NCBI GenBank assembly: GCA_951406725.2
Contig: OX597828.1
Location: 29,760,001 to 29,824,000 of the forward strand
Reading direction: 5' to 3'
Length of the DNA stretch: 64,000 bases
From: Octopus vulgaris
Lineage: Eukaryota
The translations under genes and the position numbers were made by a program. Shown here one piece after another: positions 37,621 to 51,116 of the stretch (position 1 is its first letter; each line of letters starts with the position of its first letter). The notes beneath the pieces were generated by a model, which ran no database searches, was not told the DNA's origin, and saw nothing but the letters and a program-made list of their open reading frames with translations.

Positions 37621-38309
37621 TACTAATTGTACATTAATACAGGACGTATTTCAACAATATTGAGTTGAACAAGATAAAACTGTCAAAGACAAAAAAAAAT
37701 AATAAAAGAATCAGAGACAAAAGAATTTCGAAGACAAAAAAGAAAAGAAAAGACAAAATGAAACCCAGAGAAAAATCAAACATTTCCAGTGAGAGGATTT
37801 TGAGGTCTTTAACTCGACAGTTTTTGATAATGAAGTGATTTGAACCCGTGAATCTGTGAACCATTATTATTCATTCCATGGGATATATATATATATATAT
37901 AAGATAAATTCTAGAGCAAGTGGAAGATGTGTAATAGTTTGAAGAGAAAAACCAGTTATATTACTCATAACTATTTCGTACGAAAAGAAATCATAAAGGT
38001 CAAGCATGGAGGTCAAGCATCTATACCTCCACACACACACCTACATCCACAAACATGTGCCCACGCAAAAAGATACGAACATGCTGAACATCCTCAAATA
38101 TAAAAAATATGGTTGTGGTTTGCTAACTATTGCGAAGAAAACTGCATGTATATGCCCAAAATGCGTTAATCCTGTCTCTGCCTTCCATACTTCCGGGTTT
38201 GATAGACAAAAAAAAATTAATATGCTGTCATCGATCTAATTCAGTATAATGGTTACTAAAACTTAATTGTTTTTCTCCTATATATCATAAACATTATGTG
38301 AGTGGGGGG

Positions 38310-39770
38310 AATTATTAGAGTAGGGAGTGTGCAGTAACTTTAAGTAATTGTTTCGTCTTATTTCGTGGTGAGTTCAAATCACAGCGACGTTAAGTTTACC
38401 TTCCACCATTTTGCGTCCGATAAAATAAAGTAACATACAACCACTAGGGTTGACAAATAGTTGACTAAGCTTCTCCTTCCAGAATTCAGGCCATGCACCT
38501 GTGTTAGAAACTGTTATTATAAAATTCGATGAGTTGTTAGAATATGGGGCGAAATAATTTTTAGTTATTTCTTTGAGTTTTTAAAAATTCAAATGCTATC
38601 TAAGCCGACTTTGCTCTTCATCCACTCTGGGTAGATAAAATAAGTACCAGTTGCGCACTGGGGTCGATGAAGTCAACTTCCTTCTCCTCTCAAAATTACT
38701 GCTATTGTGCCAAAGTAAGAAAGAATTATTATTATTAAAGTAGTCACTGATAGTGAGCTGCCAGAATCGCTAGAACGCTGGACAAAGCAGAACTTTGTGT
38801 GTCTTTATGCTCCGAGTTCAAAATTCCGTGGAGGTAAATTTTGCCTTTCATTATGTCGTGAGCGATAAAATAAGTGCCAGTTGAACATTGAGATCGATCT
38901 AATCGACTGGTCTCCGTCCTGAAATTCCAGGCATTGTGCCAACAGGAGAAATAAACAAGTATCAAGGCGGTTAGCTGTCAAAGTCATTAGCACTTCGGAC
39001 GAAATTATTTCAGACATTAACTCAAGATCATTACATTCAGAGTTCAAATACTGCTCATCCTTTCGGAGTCGATTGAATCAAGAACCAGTCAAGTATTGTT
39101 CGATGTAATCAATTGTTCTCCTCCACTGAAAATTGCTAGCCTTGTATCAAAACAGGAAAGAATAATCATTATTTATAACGTTTCAAAGTGTGGCAATCTG
39201 GCAGAATGGTTAGCACGATGGACGAAATTCTTGGCGGCATTTCGCCCATCGCTACGTTCTGAGTTCAAATTCTACCGAGGTTGACTTTGCCTTTCATCCT
39301 TTCGGGGTCGATAAATTAAGTACCAGAAGAACACTGGGGTCGCTGTAATCAACTAGTGCCCTCACCCACAAAAACCCAGGCCATGTGACTTTAGAAGAAA
39401 GGATCATTTGTAAAGTTTCAAATTGTGGTAATCTGGCAGAATGGTTAACACGCCAAAGAAAATCCGTAGCGGTAATTCTTCCGGTTTTACGTACTGAATA
39501 TAAATGCCTGCGTGGTCGAATTTGCCTTTCACTCTTACGGGGCTTGTAAAATAAAACGAAAGCATTTGAGGACTGAGGCCGAATGTAATAGACCTACCTA
39601 CCCACCCCAATTCTGTCCTTGTGTCAGTTCTAGAAAAAGATCATTTTAAAAGCTGCCAGGACCGTTCGCACACCTGATAACAATCGTTAGTTGCCATTCC
39701 TTACAGCTCTTGAGGTTCTGAGTGCAAAGTCTGCCGAGGTCGACTTCGCCTTTTCTCTTTCCGAGGTCGA
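38310..39770 (+). mobile_element. Head-to-tail run of about 7 diverged SINE B copies
   Basis: Recurring gagttcaaat...tttgcctttcat...aagtaccag...ggccttgtg at roughly 210-230-bp spacing. Confidence 0.8.
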
Positions 39771-39889
39771 TACAACGACAATCATTTCTGCTAATTTTTT
39801 TTCTTATGTTGAAAGATAGTTTGGTAATTTTATATATTTGCTCCGCATAATATTTCACAAATTCCAATGCTCTTAATACAACATTGATA

Positions 39890-40710
39890 AAAATAGTATC
39901 TCTGATGCATATTCTTTTTCTAAGACTGTATATTTTGAATACTTTTCACTTTTTTAAGATGCAATTCTCCCTGAAGAACACAATATAACGATTTTAAGCT
40001 TAATTCCTTCTTTGATGTTTCAGTACACATCTTGACTTAGGCAGTAATATCTGTCTGCATGCACAGCTATTTAGCACAGCATCGTTATGCAGCAGTTTTA
40101 AGTTTTAGTTCATACCAATTTTGGATTGCTTCCATTTGATAATACCTGATTTGATTTATGAATCAAAATACTTTGTTTCTTTGTATAATCTCGTTATCTA
40201 TGCTATCTAACGAGGGGAGAACATCCACCGAGCAAGTACTCTAAAGTTCTTTTAAATATCACGTATATACAATTCATTTTCCCTTATCTCACTTCATAAA
40301 TATGTTCTCGTATGTCGTTTGAAAAGGTATAGCTCTTGTGTTGCAGCAATTATTCCTTCAGCTTAATACTAAGTTGAGGCTAGTTAGCTACTCGTCAGTA
40401 GTATATATCCATTTGTAAGTGCTTTACATATAAAGGTTTGTTCTTCCATTCAAACTTTAGTGTTTCTGCTGTTGTAGAACTCGTTTTTATTCTTCCTACA
40501 ATTTTTATTGCTATGTTTCTGTTTGAGATATCTGATTGTTCTACTTTTAAGTTCCTCAATTCTTACCAAAATCTTTATAGAAGAAATTGATTCGTGTTCT
40601 TTTGAAGTTCATGTACAATCTTGAAGAGATCTATTGAAATTTTCTGTGTTGTTAGGTAAAACAAATTTTTCTTTTTTCTACTCTCTACTCCGAAAGCATG
40701 CAGAATACAC
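39890..40710 (-). mobile_element. Highly degenerate R4/Dong-like ORF fragment
   Basis: Broken minus-strand frames give WKNKPLY, EGIIAATQE, TLEYLLGGCSPL and EKYSKYTVLEKE. Adjacent to (AAT)n at 40718-40803. Confidence 0.5.
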
Positions 40711-40716
40711 CAATTA

Positions 40717-40805
<89 letters not shown>

Positions 40806-40859
40806 TGATGATGATGTAGTGATGATGATGATGATAATGTTGTTGTTATTGTTGTTATT

Positions 40860-41170
40860 TTTCTATAGTTTTGGTTTTATTGCGTGTTCTCGTTACACAA
40901 CCAAGTGCAGCACTGTGTGTCATGGGTATGTGCATTGTTTTATTTCGGTTTTGTGCTTGCTTTCATACGGAAACTATTATGAGTGATGTGTGTGCAGCGG
41001 CTGGTTGTGAAGTTTTCTGTGTGTTGTGCATGTTGTCTAAGTCGAGGAGTTTGGTCATGTATTTATCATTCAATGCACCTGTTACTGTAGGAATTGTTTG
41101 GTTTCGACTGCAACATTCTTCATACTGTTTTCAAGAGTTTCTACTCGAGCTTTCACTGCCACGATACCAA
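40860..41170 (-). mobile_element. Diverged R4/Dong-like 3' fragment
   Basis: ttcaatgcacctgttactgtaggaattgtttgg aligns with cataatgcacctactatgataggaattgtttc of the younger copies (TIP..GAL motif), and the 3' UTR is similar. Confidence 0.6.
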
Positions 41171-41239
41171 CCTCAGTGTTTCTATGGATTGTGTGAAACA
41201 ATGAGATTTTGGGGCTGTATCTTTGGGTTTATATCATTT

Positions 41240-41457
41240 GTCTTTTTTATTTTACTTGTTTCAGTCACTGCACTGCGGCCATTCTGGGGCAGTACCTGCA
41301 GCAAGTTAGTAAAAGTAATTTGACCTAAGTGCTTATGTATTTTGTTTTTAAGCTTGGTACCAAGTCTATCGTAGACTATAGCAATGCTGCTAAACAAACC
41401 AATACCGGTCAACAGAGAAGGCAGGGTGGCAAAGACAGCCACGCACAAATACATACG

Positions 41458-41530
<73 letters not shown>

Positions 41531-41730
41531 ATGTGTGTGTGTGTGTATGTGTGTGTGTGCGCGCGTGCATGTTTATAACAGATTTCGTTAGTTTCGAATT
41601 ACCAAATTTACTCAAAAGGCATTGGTAAATGGTTGGTCCAAGGCTATACTAAAAGTGCCGCGTTGTATGGCTGAACCCGAAAACACTTGAATTCAAAGTG
41701 ACCCTGTTAATTACACAGTCGTATCCGCTT
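41240..41730 (-). mobile_element. SINE family A (older copy)
   Basis: Tail ttttacttgtttcagtc...ctgcggccat, internal (TA)n(TG)n and a degenerate head. Confidence 0.75.
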
Positions 41731-41869
41731 CTTTTATGGACAGAAAATGTTTTGCTTAAAACACCTAAGTTTCCATCTAACTACTTCCTAGCTTGCCGTT
41801 GCCTGACGTTGGTGATCCGGAGAAAACCAATGTTTTCAATGTGATCTGGCACTACTACTACTACTACTG

Positions 41870-41929
<60 letters not shown>

Positions 41930-41956
41930 ATAATAATAATAATAATAATAATACCA

Positions 41957-42518
41957 TTGAGTGAGAGAGAAGTGCATGCCATCGAAATGACACTGGGGTA
42001 AAATATACGGAGCCCAGTATACTCATCATGACTACCCATCTGATAAGGGTACACCAGGCACATGCATCTCAGATATATATACGCGAGATGTTGATCTCAT
42101 ATCAAGATAAACAGCGCATGACCTTGCAGGTGGAGCCCAGTTAGAATTTTCTTCTGGTCGTGTAGCCCATTCCGCTCAAAAGGTCACTGATTAAGGATTG
42201 TTTAAGGATGTTGAACGAACCACTCATGTTTCCAAAAGTGAATTATTCAAACCACAAAGAATCCCTCTCGACACATGGCTATGATGCTCCCCCACTACTT
42301 CTGCTGGCGGTCAGAGATGCACATATCGTCAGCCACTAAGGGACATGCTCAACTGGTTAAGGTTAAACAACTGACAAGCAAATCTGTGGTACTGAGCAGA
42401 ATATTTGCAGTAGCCCATGTTTTATACCAAGACAAAGCAATGTACATGATAACACTTTCAATCAGTTAAGATGAGAAGACATGAGAGCCACTGCCTGGTA
42501 CTCCATCAGGGCATTTGC

Positions 42519-42519
<1 letters not shown>
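41957..42519 (-). mobile_element. ~560-bp non-coding element D flanked by AAT-type microsatellites
   Basis: No meaningful ORF and no tRNA head. The 3' end matches 4453-4584, and both ends abut (AAT)/(ATT) repeats. Confidence 0.65.
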
Positions 42520-42615
<96 letters not shown>

Positions 42616-42630
42616 ATTATTATTATTATT

Positions 42631-42985
42631 CAGTAGTTTTTTTTTTATAGCGTGCTTTCACTTCACTACCGAGCGCAGCTCTGTGTGCCTTGGGTATGTG
42701 CTGTGATTTGTTGTGATGCTCTGATGGTTATTGTATGGAAAGTGTTCTGCGTAGGATGTGTGCAGTGCCTAGTAGTGCAATTTTCTGTATGTTATATGTG
42801 TTTGTATGTCCTGGTGTTTTTGTTATGTATTTGTCTGAATATTTTTTTATCATGCCTAATGCACCTACTATGATAGGAATTGTTTCTGTTTTCAGGTTCC
42901 ACATTCTAGTTACCTCTATTTCCAGGTCTTTGTATTTTGAGAGTTTCTCCATTTCTTTTAGAGACACGTTGTCATCTGCCGGTAT
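42631..42985 (-). mobile_element. Young 5'-truncated R4/Dong-like RLE retrotransposon
   Basis: Translates to IPADDNVSLKEMEKLSKYKDLEIEVTRMWNLKTETIPIIVGALG...LLGTAHILRRTLSIQ*, followed by a 3' UTR and (AAT)n on the minus strand. Near-identical to 43292-43645. Confidence 0.88.
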
Positions 42986-43089
42986 GTTGATCTCATATCA
43001 AGATATTGATCTCATATCAAGATAAACAGCGCATGACCTTGCGGGTGGAGCAATAAATAATAATAATAATAATAATTATTATTATTATA

Positions 43090-43143
<54 letters not shown>

Positions 43144-43155
43144 ATAATAATATTA

Positions 43156-43192
<37 letters not shown>

Positions 43193-43201
43193 CATTTATT
43201 A

Positions 43202-43287
<86 letters not shown>

Positions 43288-43291
43288 CATT

Positions 43292-43916
43292 CAGTAGTTT
43301 TATTTTTATAGCGTGCTTTCTCTTCACTACCGAGCGCAGCTCTGTGTGCCTTAGGTATGTGCTGTGGTTTGTTGTGATGCTCTGATGGTTATTGTATGGA
43401 AAATGTTCTGCGTAGGATGTGTGCAGTGCCTAGTAGTCCAATTTTCTGTATGTTATATGTGTTTGTAAGTCCTGGTGTTTTTGTTATGTATTTGTCTGAA
43501 TATTTTTTTATCAGGCATAATGCACCTACTATGATAGGAATTGTTTCTGTTTTCAGATTCCACATTCTGGTTACCTCTATTTCCAGGTCTTTGTATTTTG
43601 AGAGTTTCTCCATTTCTTTTAGAGACACGTTGTCATCAGCCGGTATTGATACATCAATTAGAAAGCATTTTTTTTCTTCATGATCTCTGACAACTATATC
43701 TGGTCTGTTGGCCTTAATTTCTCTATCTGTGTGTATCGGCATATCCCAGAGTATGGTTGCTTTCTCGTTTTCTGTGACCTTTTCTGGTGTGTGCCTATAC
43801 CATCTTTTTTTCTGTTGTTATTCCATAATGTTGGCATAGCTTCCAATGTATGTAGGTTCCAACTCTGTCATGTCTGTGAATATATTCCTTCTTAGCCAGG
43901 ACTGGGCAGCTAGAGA
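43292..43916 (-). mobile_element. Young 5'-truncated R4/Dong-like RLE retrotransposon with open restriction-like endonuclease frame
   Basis: Open frame SCPVLAKKEYIHRHDRVG...ILWDMPIHTDREIKANRPDIV...LIDVSIP...KLSKYKDL contains the RHD, PD..D and K..KY motifs of the RLE domain. Both flanks are (ATT)n. Confidence 0.9.
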
Positions 43917-43923
43917 TAATATG

Positions 43924-43991
<68 letters not shown>

Positions 43992-44032
43992 CATCATTAT
44001 TATTATTATCATCATCATCATCATCATCATCA

Positions 44033-44078
<46 letters not shown>

Positions 44079-44110
44079 CATCATTATTATTATTATCATC
44101 ATCATCATCA

Positions 44111-44174
<64 letters not shown>

Positions 44175-44178
44175 CATT

Positions 44179-44223
<45 letters not shown>

Positions 44224-44247
44224 GGTATCATTATTATTATTATTATT
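43917..44247. repeat. (ATT/ATC/GTT/GGT)n compound microsatellite
   Basis: Direct reading of the sequence. Similar tracts at 42520-42630 and 43053-43291. Confidence 0.95.
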
Positions 44248-44792
44248 GCTAGTACCTATCAGCTCGGTAGATGTTTTATTAATTAACTCAGAAGGATGAA
44301 AAGCAAAGTCGACTCTAAATATAACCTGACGTTTCTTTTGATGCTTATAATGAAGGATTGCACTAAATTCACTTCAGCAACGGCTTATTTCATCAACCTT
44401 AAAGGGACCAAAATGAAAGTAAGTCTTTGTGGAAATTCATGTCAGTACATTTAAGGAAATCTGTATAAGTGAACTGAATACTCGAAAACAGTTATCATGG
44501 CGGACATTCTAATATCGTTGCTATTCCAATATCGTCTCCTATACCAATAGGATTATGATAACAAGTTTTCATTTTGCGCTACTACTGTATTAAGCAGTAA
44601 TTATTAGCTGGCATACATATTATTTACGAGATAAACATTGCATAAACACTTAGTATTACATTCAAAATATGAGGAAGCTATCTGGAAGTCACATTGTTAT
44701 GATTACTATTGCTGTTTATTTTTTTACGATAATCTGATCGAATCTATCTTCATGTGACTCTCCAATATTATATTTGGATATATTACTTCAAA

Positions 44793-44833
<41 letters not shown>

Positions 44834-45048
44834 TGTATATGTATGTGTATATTTTGATGTGTCTATATTTTTAATATATATATGAATGTGTGTGCGTGCA
44901 CGAGTGTGTGCATGTGTGTATATATGTATGTATGTATATATATATATATATATACATATATCAACCCAAATATATCTAGCTATATGCATATATACCTCAA
45001 TGTATATAATGTAAATCCATCCATCCGTCTACCCACACATGCACACGC

Positions 45049-45099
<51 letters not shown>

Positions 45100-46299
45100 T
45101 ATGTATATATATCAAGAGAAAAGCACACAAGTATAATCATAGTTCGTATAAATAATGTATTCATGAAGTATGATGCCGATAATTCTAGGAAACTGTAGCC
45201 TAAATTTAGATTGCATGAAACCTACTTTATCTTCCAGTTAAATTCTCTATCAGATGAGCGCGACCAAAATACAAATCTATACAATTAGTGGATCTTGTAT
45301 TTTTCTAGTTTTATCGAAACGTAATCTACTTTACCATATTGCTTGCCTTTATGAATGCAAATTATATGAAAGTGCATAGAAAACTCAAACAGCAATATTG
45401 TTGTAAACAATTATAAAAATCCTTGCAATGCAGTGACATATGGCTAAATATTATTCGTATCCAATAGAAAATTAGGCTTTAATTGTGCCTCGAAGAATGA
45501 CTGCCATTAAGAATGATTTTGTACAGTTGTGAAATAATTTGTATGCATTAATAACATTATGTGTTCATTCATTGCAACAGTGTATATAAATGTAGATTTT
45601 TATTTTTCCAGAACAGATAAAATCTGTCCCGAGATCATTAACTGAATCTACGTTATGAACAGAGTAAGACTGAAACTTAAAGAATCTAATGTACTATAAA
45701 TATGCATCACTTTAAACCTCATCGTACGATCTGGATGTTTCTGGTTGGGATTTGGAAATCATTACATACTAAATATCGTGCAGGTAATTCACGACACGAA
45801 AGACACGAACATTACTTTACGGGAAAATTCGGCAGTTACCATCGGTTGTGACATAAAACAAATAAATCAGAGGTTTCTATTTCCAATTTACGTTGACTTT
45901 AAGTTTGAGGAACTAGCAGAATCATTAGAAAAATGACGAAAACGTCGTCAATGTTTGTTCCGACATTTTACGTTCTGGTTTCAACTCCTACTGTGATTAA
46001 CTTTACCTTTTATCCCTTCAGGATTCATAAAGTCACCCTATAGAGTTGGCCATAATCAGCAAATGCCAAACTTTGAGATAATACCTTGTCGAAGTTTTTG
46101 CTCTGCATCTAGCAGATTTGCTGGACTGAAGTTGATGAATTCATACTGTTGTTCGGGCGCTTTCTCAGCAGCACCACCATATTGCATGTCTGGGAATTCT
46201 CTCTTTTTGCTGTCCGGTGTAGTAGACATCTGCCCAGAAACAAGGAACAAACTCGATATATAATGGTTAATCTCCCAGGGTAGATTGTCCAACGCAGCG

Positions 46300-48500
46300 A
46301 TTTCAACCTCGTGCCGCCAGTCATAGCTGTCCGTATTTCATCAGCTGCCGCCAGCTCTTCGCAAAATACTAGTCTGCAGCGCCCCGCCACTTTCACTCTC
46401 TCAAGACACAGAACTTAATGAAACAACATGGACACTTCGTCCCTCGTATCGGGTCCGCTCAGTGATACAGAGATATCAAAGTTGTCAAAAATGGTTGCCA
46501 TAGCACGTGTGACAGAAATTCTCGCCTCCCTCTCACACCCATAGCATGTGACCTAATGACATTAATCAAACATGCCCGTATCCAGAGTAATCGCCGACTA
46601 CGTGAATTTAGGCAACGCACTCCTAAAGCTCCTTAAAGTTGGTCGAAAAGAATGCAAGAAGGAAAAAGTGTGTTTTGCCTTAATAATTTTTGCTGTAGGC
46701 AGTAGGGTGTATCAAAACTCTTTCTCTGTATGGGATTGTTAAGGAAAACACTGACGTAGCATGCGCGAGCAGTTAACATTGGTGTTCACGCTGTCGCATG
46801 GGAAACTCTCCTGCATTTCCCTATAGCTATCTTATGGTAGCATTACCAACTTATGGGGATTTAGCTATTTCATGGCCCTATTATTAAAAGCAAACCACTT
46901 GTCTGTCTGTCTATCCTCTTTTTGCTATGCAGGAGAGCAATTCCATCTTTTATCCTCTTACAAGCCCTAAGGTGGATGTAGGAGCACTGTGTTGTTATTG
47001 TGGATGAAGTTTTGTATTTAGTCGGTGTTTGTGTTTGTCCTGATGTTGGGTTTGTGTTTGTCTGCTGAATTTTCTCTTGTTGATGTTTCCGTTGTGTATC
47101 TTCTCTTTCTTAATGATGCTGTACTTGGAGGTTTAGTATTGTATAGGATCAGATGGTGGAAATTTTCAGATGTTTTGGCTTGTCTTGTACCGCTTTCCTC
47201 TCACACGATGTAGAGCCCCATGACTACTGCTCGAATGGGCAACGACATGCTTTCTTGTGTGTGTATATATCCATCTGAAAGGAGGCAATGCAAGTGGAAA
47301 CTAGAGGAGCATAATTAATAACCACATACAAAATCAAATATATATATATATTCTTCTACATTTATAAAACTGATATAAAAATTCCAAATATATAAATATA
47401 TAAATTCCAAAACATCAATTTTCTTCATGTCGGAAGGGTAGGAATAAAATTAGGTGAGAGTGTCTTGACTAGGAATATATTCTGGTAGCGATTAGTTAGT
47501 TTGAGTCACTTCAGTTGCTATTACTGATAATCTTTTTGACATTTTCTGCTATGCTGGTAAGTGTTGTTGTTTCTGCTTTTGTTATGCTGGTCTAACCATT
47601 CTGTTCTTTTTTTCCCCGCTGTTACTATTGTAACTGCTTCTGCTGTTACACACTGCTATTGTTGATGTTGTTTGTTGCGGCCATTGAGACGGTAGCAGAA
47701 GAGCCTTCCAATCCTCTTTCCTGTTTTGGGTGTGAGGAAACGTAGATCTGAGATGGTCAAGTGTTCCGTCGGCATCATATCTTCGTCCTCGACTCTCTAC
47801 AACTGTTCTAATACCTGTCTCATTCGGCAGGTATAGGAGAACTGGGATTGTTTCCAGATGCCCAGGATCTTCATGGTGAAGAACATCCATTGTATTTACA
47901 AACAAGTTACCCTGCCTCGTTCTTTTCATATCTATTAGAGTTTCACTCTCCCGCGCAGCACTACGCATGCCAGTTTCCACCGGAAATTTATACCTCGTGA
48001 GAATACCAATATTGTTACCATTACTGCTTTTTTGAGGAGTGACCGGAATCCTTGCTCCGGTGTGTGTATTCTGAATACTGCAGCTCGAGGGCCTCGGTGT
48101 TAAATGGCACTTCGGATCTGCCGAAGTACCTCTTCCTAGGTATATGTTTCAATGTCATGCTATATATAGTGAAAAGTCTAAACACGCAGGTTCGTGACCG
48201 CTACGATGACGAATTTTTTAACTCACATATCGACATAGGACTATCTTGTAATTTCATCTAAAGTTTCAGGAGTGACACAAGCCCTGCACCACTTTTCCTA
48301 AATCGATCGCCGTCTTCTAGTTACGTCCAGTTATCCTCGGGGAAAACGATTATATAGCTCCTGTGCGGAGACTATTCCAGGGAAATATTCCTTACTATTG
48401 ACGTTGTGGGTGGTGTTATTTCCTTGTCTTCTGCAGGTGGTAATACGTACATTGTTATCTTTATTTCTATATTTCTTGTTGCTGTTGCTCCTGCCCTACT
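46300..48500 (-). mobile_element. Probable old Tx1/L1-like LINE remnant (ORF1 and start of APE)
   Basis: Minus frames near 46620-46400 give VRCLNSRS...RACLINVIRSH and EARISV...IFDNFDI...VSMLFH, resembling an APE N-terminus. ORF 47582-47980 is ORF1-like. Heavily decayed. Confidence 0.35.
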
Positions 48501-48869
48501 ATTGCTGTCGCTGCTTCTGCTTCCGTTGTCGCTAATGTTGTTGACTTTGCTATCATTGCTTCCGATTTCCCTGATGTTGTTTTTCTGAATTTTGTTGTTG
48601 CTGTTCTTCTCGTTGTTGCATTCTAACGCGACTGTCGCTTACCGTCAGAACATTGGTGCAATATTGTGAAATTTGAGCTTGTAAAGGGAGAAAACACTTC
48701 CACATTTCCCATGAGCAAAACACCGCCATTGTTCTCATTGCTGATACTGTAGTTGCCGCTTCTCTGAGTACTATTTTTGTTGTTATTGCTACAGCTACTG
48801 TGCTTTGCAGCTGTAGCAGCAATGCACTTATTTGAACTTTCGATGACGAAGATGATGATGATAATGATC

Positions 48870-49262
48870 TGATTTATGCAAAAGATTAAAAAGAAAATGA
48901 GGACAAAAAGCACTCGTTTTTTCACAATGAAAAATCGTTTCCTAGTAGCCGGAATTTCGCGACAAAATGTATGTATATCAAATACAACAGCCCGCAGTGC
49001 ATGCCGCTGGGCATTAAAAGCCAATTGCACAAACCTAGAGGGGCTCTGGGGCCCCTTGAATCGATACAATATTCACTCTTTTTGCCATAGCAACCACGTC
49101 TTTATAGCCTGCACATTTTAACCATCGCAGGTCTCATCCTCACCACGCATTTAGTATCCCTGCCAATTTTCAACTCGATCCTAGCCACGGTTTGGCCGCC
49201 ATTAACCGTCAAAGCAAAGTGTGCATACAATTTTCGTCCAAGGACTGTTTTATAGATATAGA
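48870..49262 (-). mobile_element. Helitron-like element, 5' portion
   Basis: The minus strand starts A|TCTATATCTATAAAA at 49262, followed by aaaccgtggctaggatcgagttgaaaattggca, typical of non-autonomous Helitron 5' regions. No clean hairpin-CTAG|T end was found. Confidence 0.5.
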
Positions 49263-49327
49263 TAATAATAATAATAATGATAATAATAATCATAATAATA
49301 ATAATAATAATAATGATAATAATAATG

Positions 49328-49403
<76 letters not shown>

Positions 49404-49430
49404 TAATAATAATAATGATAATAATAATAA

Positions 49431-49645
49431 TCTTTTCTACTAAATGCACAAGTCCTGAAATTTTGAGTGGGGAGACAAGTAGAGTATATAGACCGCAGTA
49501 CTTCATTGGTACTTAATTTTTCGAGCCCGAAAGGATAAAAGGCTAAGTCGACCTCAGCGAAATTTCTACTTAGAACGTGAAGACGGACCATATGTCTATA
49601 AGAATTTTTCCCGGCGTGTTAACGACTCTGCAGGCACGCCGCCTT
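49431..49645 (-). mobile_element. SINE family B
   Basis: ggtacttaattttt.gagcccgaaaggataaaaggctaagtcgacctc...cgccgcc. Confidence 0.8.
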
Positions 49646-50022
49646 AATAATGATAACAATAACGTTAATGTACAAGAGAAGTGTGTATTTCACAGATTTA
49701 AGCTCTAATTTACATAGGGCTGTAAAGAATATTTATAAGATATCGCTTATATCGTAACTAAAATTAGCAATCCGAAAATGCTTCTTATCATGAATGAAGC
49801 TACTTATCACATCAATAAAGATACAGATTCTTATCAGAGTCGATTTCGAAACAAACAAATTATTATATTGTAAATACGTTGCCAAATCACTGATCAGTTA
49901 CAGTACTTTTGGTTTCAGCCTTAATGAAACAATTGTTTTGCAGAGCTTGAATAACGAGAGAAATCATTAATCAAATTGATGTCTAAAATCTGATACCACT
50001 TTGTTCTTCATCCAGAATACAC

Positions 50023-50092
<70 letters not shown>

Positions 50093-50142
50093 TACATACA
50101 TATACATATATATATGTATGTATATATTTGCATATATATATG

Positions 50143-50192
<50 letters not shown>

Positions 50193-50596
50193 CATACACA
50201 CACACACACATATATATATGTATATACATACATACGCATATATACATACATTCTATAATAGCACAAAATTATTCCAGTCTCATATTTCAGTATTAGTGTT
50301 ATGTTTAATTTCCAAAAACAAAATTCGTTGGTAAATCCTTGTTTACTTCCTCGTGCAAGCAGACGAAGGTGTAGAGGAAAGGAAAGGGGAATTCAACAAC
50401 TGGGATCCGAAAGACAATACACTCACTAAAGATGCGCAAATCACGCGTATAACGTACTGCACAAACCCTATATACACTAGTCATAGAATTGAAGAATACT
50501 TCATGAAAATCTCCTACACAAGAACGCAGTGTTTCACATATAACCACTAAAAACAATATATATATACATACATACATTTATATATTATATCATATG

Positions 50597-50640
<44 letters not shown>

Positions 50641-50649
<9 letters not shown>

Positions 50650-51116
50650 AGAAAATGGAGGAATAGATTCCTTTCAATCATCAACTTACAGATAATACCA
50701 ATTCATATAATTTATTAACTAATTAAATAGGAACATCCAAATCCAACAGAATAAAACAATATACGTCAATAAGTAAGATATACCATAAAAATAATAAACA
50801 TAAAATGGATCTTACAGCTGTTTCAGCCTATAGATAAAGGTATCTCATTGTGCCTATATAAGTCAGATATATTGAGGTAATATGCAGTTAATATAGGCAC
50901 AATGAGATACCTTTATCTACAGGCTGAAACAGCTGTAAGATCCATTTTATATGTATTATTTTTATGGTATTATCTTACTTATTGATGCATATTGTTTTAT
51001 TCTGTTTTATTCTGTTGGATTTGGATGTTCCTATTTAATTAGTTCATTAATTATATGAATTGGTATTATCTGTAAGTTGATGATTGAAAGGAATCTATTC
51101 CTCCAATTTCTTATTT

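Noticed and set aside
38310-39770. Regularly spaced repeats as a CRISPR-like array
   Set aside because: The units are ~220-bp SINE B monomers in eukaryotic DNA, and there are no cas genes.
46056-46396. Minus-strand ORFs as a Helitron Rep/helicase linked to the 49262 terminus
   Set aside because: No Pif1 or HUH motifs are recognisable, and the adjacent sequence looks more like a decayed LINE.
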